Assembly (NCBI GenBank): GCA_964441225.1
Contig: CAYTUF010000003.1
Coordinates: 1 to 36,314, forward strand
Direction: 5' to 3'
Length of the DNA: 36,314 nt
Source of the DNA: an uncultured Candidatus Saccharibacteria bacterium
GTDB lineage: Bacteria; Patescibacteriota; Saccharimonadia; Saccharimonadales; 2-12-FULL-41-12
Shown here: one piece after another, positions 34,129 to 36,314 of the stretch
Position numbering within the stretch: the first letter of the stretch is position 1
Layout: each line of letters starts with the position of its first letter
The notes under the pieces: model-generated
Databases searched by the model: none
Seen by the model: the letters and a program-made list of their open reading frames with translations, nothing else
Told to the model about the DNA's origin: nothing
Program-made: the position numbers and the translations under genes

Positions 34129-36314
34129 TATTTTGCCTCCTTTTCATCAGCTTGTGCTGCCGCATCCTCTGTCGAGAGGGTTTGTGCAGGGATATCATCG
34201 TCTAGTTCTATAACCATCGATTCATCTATCACAGCATCCTCGGTGACATCTACATTACTAATCTCTGGATCAGGAACTTCAATATTCGACTGAGTTTCTG
34301 CCTCATTTTTTATGTTCTCTGCCAAGACGCTTTCAGCATCAACTACTTCACTTTTCGTTACTAAATCTACTTTCAAACCCAAACCTTGAAGCTCTTTTAC
34401 AAGAACGTTAAAGCTCTCTGGTACCTTAGGGTCAACGATTTCTGTTTGCTTAATGATTGATTCGTAAGCTTTACTTCTACCGTAGACATCGTCAGACTTG
34501 ATAGTTAGCATTTCTTGTAAGGTATTGGCTGCGCCATAAGCTTCAAGCGCCCAAACTTCCATTTCTCCGAACCTTTGTCCACCGTTTTGTGCTTTACCGC
34601 CCAGTGGCTGTTGAGTCACCATAGTATATGGGCCGGTTGATCTAGCGTGAATCTTGTCGCTAACCATATGAGTCAGCTTAAGCATATACATATTGCCAAC
34701 AACTGTCCTTTCTTTGAAGGCTTCTCCTGTTCTGCCATCATAAAGCTGTCTTTTACCGTCCTCTGGTAGATCAGCTTCTTTTAGCAAATCTCGGATTTTG
34801 CTTACCGATACTCCGTCAAACGAAGGTGTGGCAACCTTTATTCCAAGCGCCCGTGCTGCCATACCCAAGTGGGTTTCAAAAAGCTGGCCCAAATTCATAC
34901 GACTCGGTACACCCATTGGATTTAAAATAATATCTACTGGTGTACCATCAGATGTAAACGGCATATCTTCGGCTGGCAAAATTCTTGCTATAACACCCTT
35001 GTTTCCGTGGCGCCCTGCTAGTTTATCGCCAACCTGGATTTTGCGCATCTGGGCCACAAAAACTTGAATTTGCATAATCACACCGGCTTTTAATTCATGG
35101 CCATTTTCTCTAGAGAAAATCTTCACACCAACAACTTTACCGTGCTTACCGTTACTCATCCTCTGGGAAGTATCTCGGACTTCTTTGGCCTTTTCTCCAA
35201 AAATCGCCCTAAGTAACCTCTCCTCGCTCGATAGTTCCTGCTCGCCTTTTGGAGTAATTTTACCCACCAGAATATCGCCAGGATGCACCTCTGCACCAAT
35301 GCGTACGATTCCTTCTTCGTCTAGATGTCTGAGTGATTCTTCACTAACGTTAGGTATATCTCCGGTAACAACTTCGGGGCCAAGTTTGGTCTCCCTAACT
35401 TCGGTCATATAATCAACAATATGGATGCTCGTTAGCATATCGTCTTCAACCAAGCGCCTAGAAATAACGATGGCATCTTCAAAGTTATAACCCTGCCACG
35501 GCATAAATGCCACTAGTAAATCTCGCCCAAGAGCTAACTCTCCGCTCTCGATAGACATGCCTTCTACAAGAACATCACCCGGCTTGACTTTATCGCCACT
35601 ACTTACTACAACCCTTTGATTTATAGAAGTTCCCTCATTGCTTCTAACATAATGCACTGGCTTATAAGTGACTTTGCGCCTATCGTAGGACACTACGACT
35701 TCATCGGCAGTTGCCTTCTGGACAACGCCTTTTCCTTCTGCGTACATCACTTGACCGCTGTTATTCGCAACTACAGACTCCAAGCCCGTACCGATAATTG
35801 GTGCTTTAGGATTTATAAGCGGTACGGCCTGTTTTTGTTGGTTAGAACCTACCAATGCACGGTCAACTCTGTCTCTCTCTACAAAGGGAATTAGCCCTGC
35901 AATAGAGCCGATGATTTGGTTATGCGAAGCATCCATGTAATTCACTTCGTAAGCATCGGTTTCTCCAACCTCTAGCCCAACCCTGGCACTAACACGATCT
36001 TCTATGAAATAACCGTCTTTATCTAATTTGTTACCCGCACCAGCAATTACGGTTTTCTCTTCTTCGTAAGCATCTAAATACTCGATTTTATCTGTAACCC
36101 GTGCTCGAACCGGCCAAGTTTTACGGGATTTCACATTGGCAAGCTTTTTGGCATCGGTAGCGGTAATCTTATTTTTTGCTTTTACCAAAACTTTGCCATC
36201 TTCATCTTCTAGGTTTATGGGTGCTGTGTGCCCCACTGCGTCTTTGGCTGTAACTGCATTAATTACTTTCCTGTATGGCGTCTCGATAAACCCGTAGTCA
36301 TTGATACGAGCATA
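34128..36314 (-). CDS. rpoB: DNA-directed RNA polymerase subunit beta, 3' portion (5' end lies beyond the window)
   Basis: The frame is open to the window edge ([17 protein letters not shown]...), so the GTG-initiated 'M' at 36236 in the track is internal. Motifs: [23 protein letters not shown]-like, [18 protein letters not shown]. Acidic C-terminal tail. Confidence 0.97.
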   Translation of the reverse strand, partial: YARINDYGFIETPYRKVINAVTAKDAVGHTAPINLEDEDGKVLVKAKNKITATDAKKLANVKSRKTWPVRARVTDKIEYLDAYEEEKTVIAGAGNKLDKDGYFIEDRVSARVGLEVGETDAYEVNYMDASHNQIIGSIAGLIPFVERDRVDRALVGSNQQKQAVPLINPKAPIIGTGLESVVANNSGQVMYAEGKGVVQKATADEVVVSYDRRKVTYKPVHYVRSNEGTSINQRVVVSSGDKVKPGDVLVEGMSIESGELALGRDLLVAFMPWQGYNFEDAIVISRRLVEDDMLTSIHIVDYMTEVRETKLGPEVVTGDIPNVSEESLRHLDEEGIVRIGAEVHPGDILVGKITPKGEQELSSEERLLRAIFGEKAKEVRDTSQRMSNGKHGKVVGVKIFSRENGHELKAGVIMQIQVFVAQMRKIQVGDKLAGRHGNKGVIARILPAEDMPFTSDGTPVDIILNPMGVPSRMNLGQLFETHLGMAARALGIKVATPSFDGVSVSKIRDLLKEADLPEDGKRQLYDGRTGEAFKERTVVGNMYMLKLTHMVSDKIHARSTGPYTMVTQQPLGGKAQNGGQRFGEMEVWALEAYGAANTLQEMLTIKSDDVYGRSKAYESIIKQTEIVDPKVPESFNVLVKELQGLGLKVDLVTKSEVVDAESVLAENIKNEAETQSNIEVPDPEISNVDVTEDAVIDESMVIELDDDIPAQTLSTEDAAAQADEKEAK

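Noticed and set aside
1-36314. Checked for rRNA, tRNA, tmRNA, CRISPR repeats, transposase or integrase genes, T-box upstream of trpS, retron-like RT, and stop-codon reassignment (UGA recoding).
   Set aside because: No intergenic region shows cloverleaf or T-loop features or spaced direct repeats. No recombinase-like ORF is present. The trpS upstream gap is only 80 nt. All conserved genes are intact under the standard code, with TGA used as a stop.

Overview
About 85% of this window (about 6.3-36.3 kb) is one co-directional minus-strand 'ribosomal super-operon' from a compact bacterial genome. Its order is rpoB (5' end cut by the window edge)-rpoC-rpsL-rpsG-fusA-[59-aa + 78-aa small ORFs]-tuf-rpsJ-[90-aa membrane ORF + promoter/leader]-rplC-rplD-rplW-rplB-rpsS-rplV-rpsC-rplP-rpmC-rpsQ-rplN-rplX-rplE-rpsN-[175-nt spacer]-rpsH-rplF-rplR-rpsE-rplO-secY-infA-rpmJ-rpsM-rpsK-rpsD-rpoA-rplQ-rplM-rpsI-trpS-rluD-holB-TPR protein. 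A ROK-family kinase gene converges on its 3' end. There is no rpmD (L30) between rpsE and rplO and no adk/map between secY and infA. L36 and S14 are cysteine-less forms, and many r-proteins carry Lys-rich extensions. Together with the standard genetic code, this fits a reduced Patescibacteria/CPR-like genome; that lineage call is inference only.

The left ~5 kb is the only accessory-looking part. A ~280-nt structured non-coding region separates two divergent units. The minus-strand unit holds a 238-aa unknown protein with an HTH-like tail, a DUF5659-like small protein and a 73-aa protein. The plus-strand unit is a tightly packed four-gene operon: an orphan FtsK-gamma winged-helix protein with no motor domain, an ORFan, a membrane-anchored SNase/Excalibur nuclease and an overlapping YHYH surface protein. 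That operon is my best candidate for an undescribed system, but its function cannot be decided from sequence alone.

Anomalies inside the core operon: rplC has no canonical start codon upstream of its conserved N-terminus; small genes are inserted at the fusA|tuf and rpsJ|rplC junctions; and the rpsN-rpsH spacer is either a structured RNA or a 55-aa sORF. I found no rRNA, tRNA, CRISPR array, transposase or integrase.
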